From the NCBI RefSeq assembly GCF_902713615.1, contig NC_052155.1, positions 115,839,316 through 115,903,315 on the forward strand: 64,000 nucleotides of DNA, read 5' to 3'. Below, piece after piece: positions 22,501-35,600 of this stretch; positions within the stretch are counted from its first letter, which is position 1; each line of letters opens with the position of its first letter. A model generated the notes under the pieces. It was not told where the DNA came from, searched no databases, and saw nothing but the letters and a program-made list of their open reading frames with translations. The position numbers and the translations under genes were made by a program. This stretch comes from Scyliorhinus canicula (Eukaryota).

Positions 22501-25500
22501 AGCCAGTTACTCTGCTGCCCCAGCCAGCTACTCAGCCTGCCATTTCTGTGGCCAAAGCCAGCACCCGCGGCAGCACTGCCCAGCCTGATCCGCGACCTGC
22601 AGCAGCTGTGGGAAGAAAGGCCACTATGCCAGAGTGTGCCTCGCGAAAAGGGCCCCAGTTTCTAACTCCCCAGTAGAGAGAACAAATCGCTCCCAACACC
22701 AGCGGGCCCGAAACGCTGCGGCCTACGCCCCGACTCCGCCCCCTCCCGCCACGTGCGATCCATGGGGGCCGCCATCTTGGCAAACCCCCACCACGCGGCC
22801 GGCCACGTGCGACTCATGGGGGCCGCCATCTTCCTCGCCGCTCACCACGTGCGATCCACGGGCCCCATCTGCATCTCCATGCTCAGATAGCTCATCTGAA
22901 GACTACGACTTCCCCGGGCACTCATCACGCGGCCCGCAACTCAACGCGGTCACCCTAGATGAATCCCGCCCCAAGCACCTACGAAGTTCGATGGCGGAGG
23001 TCCAGATCAACGGGTACAGCACGCCATGCCTCTTTGACTCCGGGAGCACAGAGAGCTTTATACACCCAGAGCTGGTAAGACGCTGTTCGCTTCCTATTTT
23101 TCCTGTGAGCCAAACTATCGCCCTCGCTTCGGGCTCCCACTCAGTCCAAATCCAAGGACGCACCGTCACTACGCTCACAATTCGAGGCGCTAGTTATTCA
23201 AAATTTAAACTTTATGTCCTGCCTGACCTCTGCGTGCCACACTTATCAGGCCTGGAATTCCAGTGCAACCTCAAGAGTCTCACCCTCAGCTTCGGCGGGC
23301 CCCTGCCCCCTCTCACTATCTGCAGCCTAGCCACGCTGCGCATCTCCCCCCCATCTCTCTTCGCCACTCTCACTCCAGATTGCAAACCAGTAGCTACACG
23401 CAGCAGGCGACACAGCCTACAGGATAGGGTCTTTATCCGATCGGAGGTCCGACGGCTGCTCAGTGAGGGGATCATAGAGGCCAGTAATAGCCCCTGGAGA
23501 GCTCAGGTGGTGGTCGTCAAGACTGGGGAAAAGTTTTGCATGGTCGTCGACTATAGTCAGACCATAAATCGCTTTACGCTCCTAGACCCGTATCCCCTCC
23601 TCAGAATTGCATACATGGTTAACCAAATCGCCCAATATCGGCTATTTTCCACGGTGGATCTGAAGTCTGCATACCACCAACTCCCAATCCGCCCGGAGGA
23701 CCGCCACTACACAGCGTTCAAGGCCGATGGCCGCCACTTCCATTTCCTCCGGGTTCCCTTCGGCATCACTAACGGGGTTTTGGTGTTCCAACGAGCAATG
23801 GACCGAATGGTAGACCAGTACCGGCTGCGGGCCACGTTTCCGTATCTGGACAATGTTGCCATCCGCGGCTATGACCAGCAGGACCACAAGGCCAACCTCC
23901 ACCGTTTTCTCCAGACGGCACAGGAATTAAACCTAACTTATAACAAGGAGAAATGCGTTTTCCGCACAAACAGACTGGCCATCCTCGGCTACGTCGTGGA
24001 GAACGGAGTCCTGGGCCCAGACCCGGACCGCATTCGCCCCCTCTTAGAACTCCCCCTCCCTCATTGCCCAAGGCCCTCAAACGGTGCTTGGGGTTCTTTT
24101 CATACTACGTCCAGTGGGTCCCTCAATATGCGGACAAAGCCCGCCCACTCTTTAAGGCCAAACGATTTCCCCTGTCTGCTGAGGCGCGCCAGGCCTTCAG
24201 CTGCATCAAGGAGGACATCGCCAAAGCAGCCATGAGGGCGGTGGATGAATCCACTCCCTTTCAGATTGAGGGCGACGCCTCAGAGGTAGCTCTAGCAGCC
24301 ACTTTAAATCAGGCAGGGAGGCCCGTTGCATTTTTCTCCCGTACCCTATCCGCTTCAGAACTCCGACACTCCTCTGTCGAGAAGGAAGCACAAGCCATCG
24401 TGAAGGCTGTTCGTCAATGTAGGCACTACCTCGCAGGTAGGAGGTTCACCCTCATCACCGACCAACGATCGGTTGCCTTTATGTTTGACAACTTGCAAAG
24501 GGGCAAAATAAAAAATGATAAAATCCTTCGGTGGAGGATCGAACTCTCCACCTATAGTTACGATATTAAATATCGACCGGGGGAGCTCAACGAGCCCTCG
24601 GATGCCCTATCCCACGGGACATGCGCCAGCGCGCAGATCAGCTGTCTGAAAGCCATCCACGATGACCTCTGCCATCCAGGGGTCACCCGGCTCGCCCACT
24701 ACATCAGAGCCCGAAACCTGCCTTTCTCCAACGAGGAGGTAAAAGCGGTCACCAGGGACTGCCCGATCTGTGCAGAGTGCAAACCGCACTTCTATAGACC
24801 AGACAGGGCCCACCTGGTCAAGGCTTCTAGGCCCTTTGAATGCCTTGCGATCAATTTCAAAGGGCCACTCCCTTCCACTAACAAGAACATTTATTTCCTC
24901 AACATCATCGATGAGTTCTCCCGATTCCCTTTTGCCATTCCGTGCCCCGACATGACCTCCCACACAGTCATTAGGGCCCTGCACAGTGTCTTCACCCTGT
25001 TCGGTTTCCCCAGCTACGTGCACAGCGACCGGGGTTCGTCCTTTATGAGCAACGGGCTGCGTCGGTACCTGCTCGACAAGGGTATCGCCTCGAGCAGGAC
25101 TACCAGCTACAACCCCAGGGGGAACGGGCAGGTGGAGAGGGAGAACGCGACAGTCTGGAAGACCGTCCTACTGACCCTCCGGTCTAGAAAACTCCAAGTC
25201 TCCCAATGGCAAGAAGTCCGCCCAGACGCGCTCCACACAATCAGATCCCTCCTCTGTACAGCGGCAAACCAACCCCCTCACGAGCGGCTCTTCATTTTTT
25301 CTAGGGGCACTACCACGGGGGTCTCACTTCCGGCGTGGCTGAGGACACCCGGCCCGGTTCTCCTGAGGAAGCACATCAGGGGGCACAAAACTGACCCCCT
25401 TGTTGAAAAGGTGCGCCTCCTCCATTCCAACCCCCAGTACGCATTTGTGGAGTTCCCGGACGGTCGCCAGGACACAGTATCCCTTCGGGACCTGGCACCC

Positions 25501-27615
25501 GCTGGATCCAGACCCCCCCCCCCCCACCCCCACTGAGGAACCCCTTACCCCGTTCCCTATGCTGCCGCCCCCTCGCGCCCCTGATTCCGCAAGCTCGCCC
25601 CACCTGTTCCACGTGCCTGCACCAGCCCGCCCCCAGAGCCCCCAGCCTCTGGTCGAGCCAGAGGTGTATGAAGTTTGGACGAGACCCGCCCCAGAGTCTG
25701 CCATCGTACCCCAGCTCTCAACACCCACCCAGCCACCGCAAGAGGCTGCAACCCCGATGCTCCGCAGATCGAAACGAACAATTCATCCACCAGACAGACT
25801 AACTCGGTGAGCCACCACCCCCGCCAGACTCGATTTTTTTCACAGGGGGTGAATGTGGTGAATGAGATTCACACGGTATTATAAGTTACCAATGTCACTC
25901 TGTTCCAAGTATATATATGTATCAATATTGTAAGTGCAGTTGCACTACCTGACCACCAGGGGAGTAGCTCTGGGAGTACGCAAGAGTTGTACTGGGCTCC
26001 CCCTTGGCTCCGCCCAGAACTCCTCCCCCTGGAGCTGCTGTATAAAGATCCGTGCCACAGAGTCAGCCAGCCAGTTCACCGAAAGTTCAACGGCTAAAAG
26101 GCTGGCTCTGTTGTAAGTATATTAAAACCGCTATTCTAATCCTACAAGCACGAGTCCGTAGAATTGATGGTTCCATCACAAGGGAGTGGTTCTGGTACCT
26201 GGGGATTCAGGTAATGCACGAGTGGGCCACGATGCCCAAGTGGAATTTGACGGGATTGGTGGAGGAGGTTAAGGGGGAACCTTAAAAGGTGGGATGCGCT
26301 ACACCTCAACTTGGCAGGGTGGGTGCAAGCGGTGAAGATTTTCCTCCCCAAGGCCTATTTTTGGGGAGTAACTGCATTAATCTGCAATAATTTGTGTGGG
26401 TAGGGAAGGTGCAGAGGGTGAAGAGGGCTCTGTTGCAAAGGCAGAGGCGGGAAGGGGGTGGTGCTCCCGAATTTGTTGCATTATTATTGGGCAGCGAATG
26501 TAGAGAAGGCGAGATGATAGTGAGAGAGACAGGGGGGTCAGATTAGAGGAGTCTTGCAAGGGTATGAGCCTGATGACCCTGGTGACAGCCCCACTGTTGT
26601 TCGCCCTGAGGAAGTAAACGAGGAGTCGGGTGGTGCAATCTAGGAGGCCTTTTAAACTGGGTCACATGTCGATGATGACTCCACTGGGGCGGGAGAGGGG
26701 GCGATGGGATGTATAGGAGATGGAGGGAGGAGGGATTTGCAGGGCTAGAGGAGCTGCAGGAGAGTTTAGAGCTACCAAGGGGGAGTGAGTTTAGATATTG
26801 GCAGGTGCAGGACTTTGCGATTAAGGAGCTGCCTTCGTTCCTTCAGGTGCCAGAGTATATGCTTCTGGAGAAAATGTTCCTGGTTGGGGGGGGGGGGGGG
26901 GAATGGTAGGATTCGAGATATATATGGGTGGTTGGGGGAGCAGCCTTAGTGAAAAGAATCAAGTGGAAGTGGGGAGGGAGATAGGAAGGGGACTTTGGTG
27001 CAAAGTAATGTGCCAAGTCAACTCAACCTCCTCCTGAGCAAGGATGAGTCACATACAATTTGAGATGGTACACAGGCTCCAGGTGAGTGTTTTTGTTCCC
27101 CCAGAGGTAGCAGGCGGGTGCGAGAGGTGTGGGAGGGGACCGGCGACCATGTCCATATGTTCTGGGGGTGTGAGGAATTGGAGAACTTTTGGGAGGCGGT
27201 GTTCAGGAACTTATTGAGGATTGTAGGGGGTTGAGATGAAGCCGGATCCTATGGTATCGATTTTTGAGATGTTGGAGATGCTGGAGCTGCAGAAAGGAGC
27301 CGATGTCATGGCCTTCGCCTCTCTGATTGCCCGGCGACGGATAATTTTGAATCGGAGGTCGGCTGCGGCGCTGGGGCTTGCGCCATGGATGGGAGACTTG
27401 TTCGAGTTTCTCAGGTTGGAAAAAATTGAATTTGCCCTAAGAGGGTTGGAGGACAGTTTCAAAGCACGGTGGAGGCCGTTCATGGCTATGTTTGAGGAAC
27501 TGTTTGGAGAGTGGAGGGGGCAAATAGGGGAAAAAATGTACAAACTGTATACTCTGTTGCAAGTTAAGGTTGTGTTATTATGTTGAATATGTTTGGAATA
27601 AAATATTTTTTAAAA
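19540..27615 (+). mobile_element. Old L1 with 5' end and ORF1, internal deletion of the endonuclease region, degraded ORF2; host of element D
   Basis: ORF1 fragments 19800-20490; RT fragments 20570-21494 continuing after 26179; C-terminus ...EKIEFALRG...WRPF; AATAAA tail; AATTTCCAA at both flanks (19530-19538, 27619-27627). Confidence 0.82.
21495..26178 (+). mobile_element. Ty3/Gypsy (Mag-like) element D, two LTRs, primer site and gag start replaced
   Basis: LTRs at 21495-21824 and 25854-26178; TSD CACGG/CAAGG; PPT ACAGGGGGTGAA; gag-PR-RT(YLDN)-RH-IN with stops and frameshifts. Confidence 0.95.
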
Positions 27616-27646
27616 CTTAATTTCCAACAGTTATGCTGATGATGGG

Positions 27647-27930
27647 GGATGCAGTGGCATAATGGTATTGTTGCCGGGCTAGTAATCCAGAGACCCAGAG
27701 TCATTCTCTGAGGACCCAGGTTTGAATCCTGCTATGACAGATGGTGAAATTTGCATTCAATAAAAAAAATCTGGAATTCAAAGTCTAATGATGACCATGA
27801 AATCATTGTTGATTGTTGAAAAAAACCATCTAATGTCCTTTAGGGAAGGAAAACTGACGCTTTACGTGGTCTGCCCTACATTTGACTCCGGGCCCACAGT
27901 AATGTGGTTGACTCATAATTTCCCTCAGCG
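27647..27930 (+). mobile_element. Ancient SINE-like repeat; a related inverted copy lies near 55970-56350
   Basis: tRNA-like head (CAGTGGCATAATGG...GGTTTGAATCC); CTAGTAATCCAGAG motif shared with other copies in the window. Confidence 0.55.
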
Positions 27931-28539
27931 GGGCCACGAGAGGCAGAGCGGCGGGAAGCTAGTGGCACTCCCGCTCGCTACCACACTGAGAAATCTTTCT
28001 GGAGAATTGCACCCTCTTGTGTACTATTCTTTAATATTCATTCTCTGAATGTGTGCAATTCATCGCCCCAATCTACTAGCACTATGGGAGTACCTACACC
28101 CCCAGATGTTCTGCAGCAGTTCAAGGAGGTGGCCCATTACCTCCTTCTCAAAGGCAATTAGGGGATAGTAAACAAAACAACATCCCAATAAAACTTTTAA
28201 AAAGAGCTGCCTCCTTGAAAAACAAACTGCCTGGGAGGGTGCTAAATTGCCGCTTAGTGTCCAAAAGGTTAGATGGGGTTACTGGGTTGCGGGGATAGGG
28301 TGAAGGCATGGGCTTAAGTAGGGTGTTCTTTCTAAGGGCCGGTGCAGACTCGATGGGCCAAATGGCCTCCTTCAGCACTATAAATTCTATGATTCTAAGG
28401 TTACCAGTTCATCTACCACCATTGTGTCTCATATATTTGGGGTCAGCAAACAGTAAAAGTACCATAAACGTAAAGAGTCAAATGGAAGCTCCCTTCGTAT
28501 GATTTGCTTCAGGAAACAAGAAAAGCCATAAAAGAGTCA

Positions 28540-29580
28540 CATGGCACAGTAGGAGGCTATTCAGCCCACCATGTAGCAACCTGTGCAGGCCCTTTCCCCT
28601 CTCTATCATGCCAATTTATTTTCCGTCAAATTAGTTGCAAAATAATTGATCTCTTCTTTCCGTTTCCACTTTCCTCATGGACTGCAAGTTACAAGTTATT
28701 TCCACTCATGTAAAAAAAAACTTCCTTACATCCCTCTGATTCTCTTGCCCAAAATCTTTTTATTTGTGCTCCTAGTCCTTGCACTATCAGTTAACACTTT
28801 TCCCTGCCTACTTGCCATAATCTTGGACCCCTTTATCAGATTTCCTTTGCTCCAAGATCAAATACAGCTTCTCCAACATAATATTGTAGTTAAAAATCAC
28901 CCATCCCTGGAACCATTCTCATGTATCCCCTCTAGAGTCTCTCAAGGACCCTCACATTCTTCCTAAAGTGTGGTGACCAGAAGCAAATACAATAATCTGG
29001 CCGAACCAGGGCTGTTTTAAAGGTTCAGCATAACTTTCCTGCTTTTGTATTCAATGCCTACATTTTATAAGGGCATGTGGTGTCCACACCAAGTAAAGAA
29101 AGAAACAAAATTTTATTCACACAAACTACCCAGTAGATCCCTACCGGGTTCCAACTTGGTCAGTGCCTTACTGGCCGATCATACACTCTTTTCTGCTCTT
29201 AAAACTATTTTTTCTTAAACCTAAGCCAACACTGACCCTCCTATTCCATAAGCCTCAATTTTGTTAACAAGCCTTCATATTTTGTCAAACACTTTCTTAA
29301 AATCCATAGCGACAATATCCACTGTATTCCTTTCATCAACCTGTTACTTCATCAAAAAAAATCAATTAGATCAGTTACGTACAATCTGCCTTTTGCAAAT
29401 CCGTCTAGTTATTCTTAAATAGCTCTAATCTCTCAGAGCGCCTGTTGATTTTTTCCTGATTATTGTTTCCCAGCACTGATGTTAAACTAACTGGCGTGTA
29501 ATTATTCGGACTGTACTTACAACCTTTCTTGAATAAGAATGTTTTATTTGTCACTCTCCAATCCTGACACCTCCCCTGCA
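28540..29580 (-). mobile_element. Highly degraded CR1-clade LINE fragments
   Basis: Recognisable CR1 RT and 3' motifs on the minus strand (GTTCTGGTCACCACAC-like, VDIVxMDFKKxFDK-like). Confidence 0.55.
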
Positions 29581-30365
29581 TCTAGGAAGGGCAAGCCTTT
29601 CAGCTATCTCTACACCTACATCCTTCTGAACAAAGCAATTTGTCTATTCAAACACAGCCAGTCTTTCCAGTACCTGCTCCCTCTCAATTTTCATCAAATC
29701 GATTATCTCTACTACCTCCACTTCTAATGATACATGTCAGATTCATCATCCTTATAAAACACTTTAATAATTCCAGCTTTGCCCTGTGCCTCTATATCAC
29801 CCTCTTTGTCCGAATAGCACCTTCTCCACATCTTACTACCCACTAACCATTTACATGCTGTTAGAAGACGTTTAGGTTCTGTTTTATGTTGACTGTGATT
29901 CGCTCTTTACTGGTTTTATTTTCCTCTTCACTTCCCCAATCAGCCTACTGTATTTGACCTGGTTCTTGCTTGAAGAAATCACCTGATATTCAACATACAC
30001 CCTCTTTTTTGTTTCTTAATATCTCTAACTCTGTCTCATCTAAGGAGCCCTGCTCTTGGTTCTACTATATTTTAAACTTGTTGGAATGGACTTAGCAAAC
30101 ATAACTCCTATACAAGATAGCAAATGCAATTCCTTTATTCCAAAAAGGGAGAAAAGACTGAAAGCAGGAAATCACAGCCAAGCTAGCCACATATCTGTCC
30201 TATAAAAAAATGTTAGAAACCATAATTAAAGCTATTATATCAGGGCACTTGGAATCTTTCAGGGCAGTCAGGCAGAATCAACATGCTTTGTGAAAGAGCA
30301 ATCTCGTCGAACCAATTTATTGGAGTTCTTTGAAGAAGTTACATGTGCTGTTAATAAAGGGGTAC

Positions 30366-31005
30366 CTCAGGCTCAGTATGATACAATTTAAGGTCGCTCA
30401 TCGGGCTCACATGACAGTGGCCTGGATGAGCAGATTCTTTGGGGTGGAAGACAGGTGTACAAAATGAGCGGGAGGATCAGCGAACAATGTCCACATGTTC
30501 TGGGCATGTTCGATGCTTAGGGGATTTTGGCAGGGGTTTGCAGATGTCATGTCCACGCTGTTAAAAACAAGGGTGGCGATTTTCGGGGTGTCGGAAGACC
30601 TAGGAATCCAGGAGGAGAAAGAGGCCGGCGTTCTGGCCTTTGCTTCCCTGGTAGCCCAGAGACGGATACTAGGGTATTAGCTTGGAGGGACTCAAAGCTC
30701 CCGAAGTTGGAGACCTGGCTATCGGGCATGGCTAGCTTTCTCTGTTTGGAGAAAATCAAGTTCGCTGTGAGAGGGTCACTGTTAGGGTTCGCCCAGAGGT
30801 GGCAACCGTTCGTTGACTTCTTCACGGAAAATTAATCGGCAGAAGAAGGAGGGGGGAGGGGGGGAAGCTAGTTTAGCTTACAGTAGGGGGTTAATAAAGG
30901 TGGGACTGTGAGGGGGATGGCTTTTGCACTATGTTTATAGTTTCATGTACATTGTTTATTGTGTTGTTATAATACAAAAAAAAACCATAAAATGTTTATT
31001 AAAAA
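30366..31005 (+). mobile_element. 5'-truncated L1 (ORF2 C-terminus and 3'UTR) inserted in a CR1 fragment (about 30120-31065)
   Basis: HMFWAC, EKIKFAVRGS..RWQPF; A-rich tail; imperfect TSD AAAGGGGTACC/AAAGGAGTACC; CR1 peptide VNKGVP|MDVLYLD split by the insertion. Confidence 0.8.
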
Positions 31006-32356
31006 AATAAAGGAGTACCAATGGATGTACTGTACTTAGACTTGGGCATTTGATAAGATGCCATGAGTGAGTCAGGAGTCAAGATGCCAGCAGTCAATCA
31101 TTCAGGAGTCAAAAGATTATATTAGGAATGATAAAGCCTCTAATAGCTACACTTAAAAATGGGACTTCCTCGAGTAAGGCCAACCAGGAGTTTTCCTTCA
31201 ACACATCTTAGCTTTCTTCCTGTCCTGCTTATCCATGCAAAATCCTCTTCCTAACCATATTGTCACCCGTGAATATTCAAAGACTAAAAGTAGTCACTTG
31301 GCTTGTTTTTTGAGCTGAAAATCTCTAACCATGGTCAATTCTTTACAAATCATTCATGTTTTCATTAATTTCTTAATCTGGTGGTAGCTAATCATGACCA
31401 AACTCAGCTATGTCCAGAAAGTGAGAGTTCTGTCCCATCAATTAAAAATGTTGGCCAATCCTCTTCAGTATTCCACAATTACAATTTAGTATAAACAAGA
31501 TCTTATCATCACCAACAGTCTAAACAGCATCTCGAACAACTAATGAGAGCCCTACAACTCAACTATTCAATGGGTAAAAATTGGGTGATTCTGATGGATT
31601 CCAACACCCGATGGCTTAAATAGCAGTACTTTGCAAAATAAGTAGTTGTTGCCTTCACATCCTGAAACAGAAAGCTGAACATAAATACACTGCACAATGT
31701 GAAACAACATATAGACCTGGAAGCTTCCAAGTTCAATACACACACCATACTGGGTTAGCTGATCTTGACAAAGAGTCATCCAGACTTCTCTCTCCACAGA
31801 TGCTGTCAGACCTGCTGAGATTGTCCAGCATGTTCTGTTTTTGTTTCAGATTCCACCATCCGCTGTAATTTGTTTCTATCAGATAGAGCACTGCTTTCCT
31901 ACCTTGGGGAAAGAGGAAAGTCATTAAGGATTTCTATTTCTGATAGCTATCCTCTGACTTCAAAGGGATGGGGGAAAGACGGGTAGCTGTCAGTGCGAGA
32001 AGAGGTAATTAGGAGAGGAGGCTTGTATGGGGTGTGGAGTGTAAAGCCCAGCACAAACCAGATATGTCAAATGATTTGTGAGCTTTTGATTCTATGTAAT
32101 TTCATATCAAGAGGACAGGATCAAGCACCACATCAAATAATATAGTAACACTCACTGCTTGGATCCATACAAAAATAATTACCATTGGGAAGGGTAATCA
32201 GTATTTGGGCAACCACCGTTCCGTTGGGCAGCTCACTACCCTTGGCCTCTGGGGGCGCAATAGTCGGACAGAAGCGATCTGCCGATGCACAATGGCAGAG
32301 ATGCTTTATCCTACACTTCTTAAAGCATAGAGGACTGGCAATTGCTCCGCACTTAC

Positions 32357-32643
32357 TCGCGCAACTGTTCCACTTCGTACATATCCTCTCGTTCTTGTGT
32401 ACTCTTGTCGTTGTCCCGCAATGGCCTGGCTTTGTGTCGAGTTGGAGTCTGAAGTCCAGCTTCAGGACTCAGGTCTGAGCCGAGGCCAAGCTGCAAAGGT
32501 GAGAGGGCCGGCGCCAGGCCGCCAACTTTAAACACACGTCGGGGTGGAACTGTCGGTCCACGTCGCCAATTCTCAGAAACCTCTTCCAGGAGCTGGTAGT
32601 CGTCGTCCTCTTCATCATCGTCGTCCGCATCCAGCCACGACAT
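32357..32643 (-). CDS. Candidate first coding exon of an unidentified gene with an acidic N-terminus; syntenic position of C8orf89
   Basis: Non-repetitive CpG-rich ORF MSWLDADDDDEEDDDYQ... ending at a consensus donor GA|GTAAGT; X-box about 160 bp upstream; no homology recognised. Confidence 0.6.
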
Positions 32644-32805
32644 TTAGCGTCCGCATTTATGTTAAGAGATCAGTAGGCAGATTATGGGAGCAAAGGCACT
32701 GAGCGCACTCTCTCGCGCTCAGCGCTTCCATTGTTGTGAGCGAGGCGGGCCGTTACCCCACCCAACACCCGCGCACCTTCTATAACCGCCATTGTGCCCC
32801 GCGCA

Positions 32806-32818
32806 GTCGCCTAGCAAC
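32806..32818. promoter_or_regulatory. RFX X-box-like motif in a CpG-rich promoter
   Basis: GTCGCCTAGCAAC (reverse complement GTTGCTAGGCGAC). Confidence 0.65.
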
Positions 32819-33291
32819 GGGTGGAAAGGTGTTCCACCCAGCAGGGAATAGGGGGCTTTCTTAATAGCAGATATGTCTTCCCGCTGTCATTAAAATAAGT
32901 AGCTCCTTTCGAGGGGCACAACTAAAAAAGAAATTAGGAAACAATAAACTTATACAAACAGTTGTAGATTCAGTTCTTAAGATTAGAGAGACGGGCAAGC
33001 AAATACCATGGAAGTATTTGAAGTAATGAGAATGTTAAAACGTAGGCACTGGTGGACAAGAAGGCATTTATTGTAGGGATTGGATTGGATTATTGTCACG
33101 TGTACCGAGGTACAGTGAAAAGTATTTGTCTGCAAGCATTTCAACAGATCATTCAGTACATGGGAAGAAAAGGGAATTAAACAAAATTCACAAAAATACA
33201 TAATAGGGCAACACAAGATATACAATGTACTACATAAGCAATGTAAGAAGTCTTACAACACCAGGTTAAAGTCCAACAGGTTTGTTTCAAA

Positions 33292-33328
33292 CACGAGCTT
33301 TCGGAGCACGGCTCCTTCTTCAGGTGAA
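33292..33328 (-). ncRNA. Second hammerhead copy in the inverted arm
   Basis: Exact reverse complement of 34364-34400. Confidence 0.75.
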
Positions 33329-34363
33329 TGGAAAGGCTTGTTCCAGAAATGTTTATATAGACACAGTCAGAGATGCCCGGAATGCGAGCACCTGCAGGCA
33401 ATCAAATCATCAAAGATGCAGAGAGAGAGGTAACTCCAGGTTAAAGAGGTGTGAATTGTCCCAAGCCAGTTCAGTCGGTAGGCCTCTGCAAGTCCAGGCT
33501 TGTTGGTGGGGGCCGAATGTAATGCGACATGAATCCCAGATCCCGGTTGAGTCCGCATTCATGCGTGCGGAACTTAGCTATAAGTTTTTGCTCAGCAATT
33601 TTGCGTTGTCGCGTCTCCTGAAGGCCTCCTTGTAGAATGCTGACCCGGAGATCAGAGGCTGAATGTCCTTGACTGCTGAAGTGTTCCCCAACTGGAAGGG
33701 AACAGTCCTGCCTGTTGATAGTCGCACGATGCCCGTTTATTCGTTGTCGCAGTGTCTGCATGGTCTCGCCAATGTACCACGCTTCGGGACATCCTTTCCT
33801 GCAGCGTATGAGGTAGACTACATTGGTCGAGTCGCACGAGTATGCGACTCGTGCGACTCGACCAATGTAGTCTACCTCATACGCTGCAGGAAGGATGTCC
33901 CGAAGCGTGGTACATTGGCGAGACCATGCAGACACTGCGACAACGAATAAACGGGCATCGTGCGACTATCAACAGGCAGGACTGTTCCCTTCCAGTTGGG
34001 GAACACTTCAGCAGTCAAGGACATTCAGCCTCTGATCTCCGGGTCAGCATTCTACAAGGAGGCCTTCAGGAGACGCGACAACGCAAAATTGCTGAGCAAA
34101 AACTTATAGCTAAGTTCCGCACGCATGAATGCGGACTCAACCGGGATCTGGGATTCATGTCGCATTACATTCGGCCCCCACCAACAAGCCTGGACTTGCA
34201 GAGGCCTACCGACTGAACTGGCTTGGGACAATTCACACCTCTTTAACCTGGAGTTACCTCTCTCTCTGCATCTTTGATGATTTGATTGCCTGCAGGTGCT
34301 CGCATTCCGGGCATCTCTGACTGTGTCTATACTGTATAAACATTTCTGGAACAAGCCTTTCCA

Positions 34364-34400
34364 TTCACCTGAAGAAGGAGCCGTGCTCCGAAAGCTCGTG
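34364..34400 (+). ncRNA. Minimal type I hammerhead ribozyme motif of the Penelope terminal repeat
   Basis: CAC-CUGAAGA-A-GGAGC-cgu-GCUCC-GAAA-GCUC-GUG: core boxes, stem II, palindromic AGCU stem III. Confidence 0.75.
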
Positions 34401-35229
34401 TTTGAAACAAACCTGTTGGACTTTAACCTGGTGTTGTAAGACTTCTTACTGTGCTCACCCCAGTCCAACGCCGGCATCTCCACATCATACATAAGCAATG
34501 GCATTGGATGAAGCATACAGGGTGTAGTGTTAATGAGGTCAGTCAATAAGAGGGTCATTTACGAGTCTGGTGACAGTGGGGAAGATGTTTTTGAGTCTGT
34601 TCGTGCGTGTTCTCAGACTTCTGTATCTCCTGCCCGATGGAAGTTGGAAAAGTGAGTAAGCCGGGTGGGAGGGACACTTGATTATGCTGCCCGCTTTCCC
34701 CAGGCAGCGGGAGGTGTAGATGGTGTCAATGGATGGGAGGCAGGTTCGTGTGATGGACTGGGCGGTATTCACGACTCTCTGAAGTTCCTTGCAGTCCTGG
34801 GCCGAGCAGTTGCCATACCAGGCTGTGATGCAGCCCAATAGGATGCTTTCTATGTTGCATCTGTAGAAGTTGGTACGGGTTAATGTGGACATGCCGAATT
34901 TCCTTAGTTTCCTGAGGAAGTATAGGCGTTGTTGTGCTTTCTTGGTGATAGCATCGACATGAGTGGACCAGGACAGATTTTTGGTGATGTGCACCCCTAG
35001 GAATTTGAAACTGCTAACCATCTCCACCTAGGCCCCGTTGATGCTGACAGGGGTGTGTACAGTACTTTGCTTCCTAAAGTCAAGGGCAGCTGGACAAGGA
35101 GACTAGGTGTGAGTTCAGGGATCCTGCAGTACTTTGAATGAGCAACCTTTTGTCCATATCTAAGGTTGATTCTTGCGATGGTGGGGCTGTCATGAGCAGA
35201 GATTAAATCGATTAGATTATATTAATTGG

Positions 35230-35600
35230 AGTTCAGAAGTGTGAGAGGGCATCTCAGGATTAGATATAGTAGATTCTGAAAAACTTCCCAGTGGTGGGGG
35301 AAGTCCAAAACTAGAGGTCATAGTTTGAGTATAAGAGCTAAAACTTTTAGGACTGAGGTGAGAAATGTCTTCACCCAGAGGGTGGTGAATCTGGAATTCA
35401 CTACCACAGAAAGTAGTTGAGGCCAAAACATGTAATTTCAAGAAGTAATTATATATAGCTCTTGGGGCTAAAGGGACATGGAGGTTGGGAGGAGAAGAGG
35501 CAGAATCAGGGTATTGAACTTAACAAATCAGCCAAAATCATAATAAATGGTGGAGCAGGCTCAAAAGACCATATTTTCTATGTATATTTCTATGTGTACA
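35230..35600 (+). mobile_element. CR1 LINE 3' fragment
   Basis: ACTAGAGGTCATAG...TTCACCCAGAGGGTGGTGAATCTGGAATTC, typical of a CR1 ORF2 end. Confidence 0.7.

Larger units (their letters stand above)
33244..34487. mobile_element. Penelope-like element, 5'-truncated, present as a head-to-head inverted duplication
   Basis: GIY-YIG endonuclease C-terminus (NVVYLIRC..WYIGET..LRQRINGH..GLNRD) on both strands; 13-bp TSD TACATAAGCAATG (33231-33243, 34488-34500). Confidence 0.93.
33080..35082 (-). mobile_element. 5'-truncated Rex1/Babar-type LINE; 3'UTR interrupted by Penelope
   Basis: ORF 34539-35027: FKFLGVHI..LSWSTH..KKAQQRLYFLRKL..FYRCNIESIL; short (AATCC)n tail. Confidence 0.85.
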
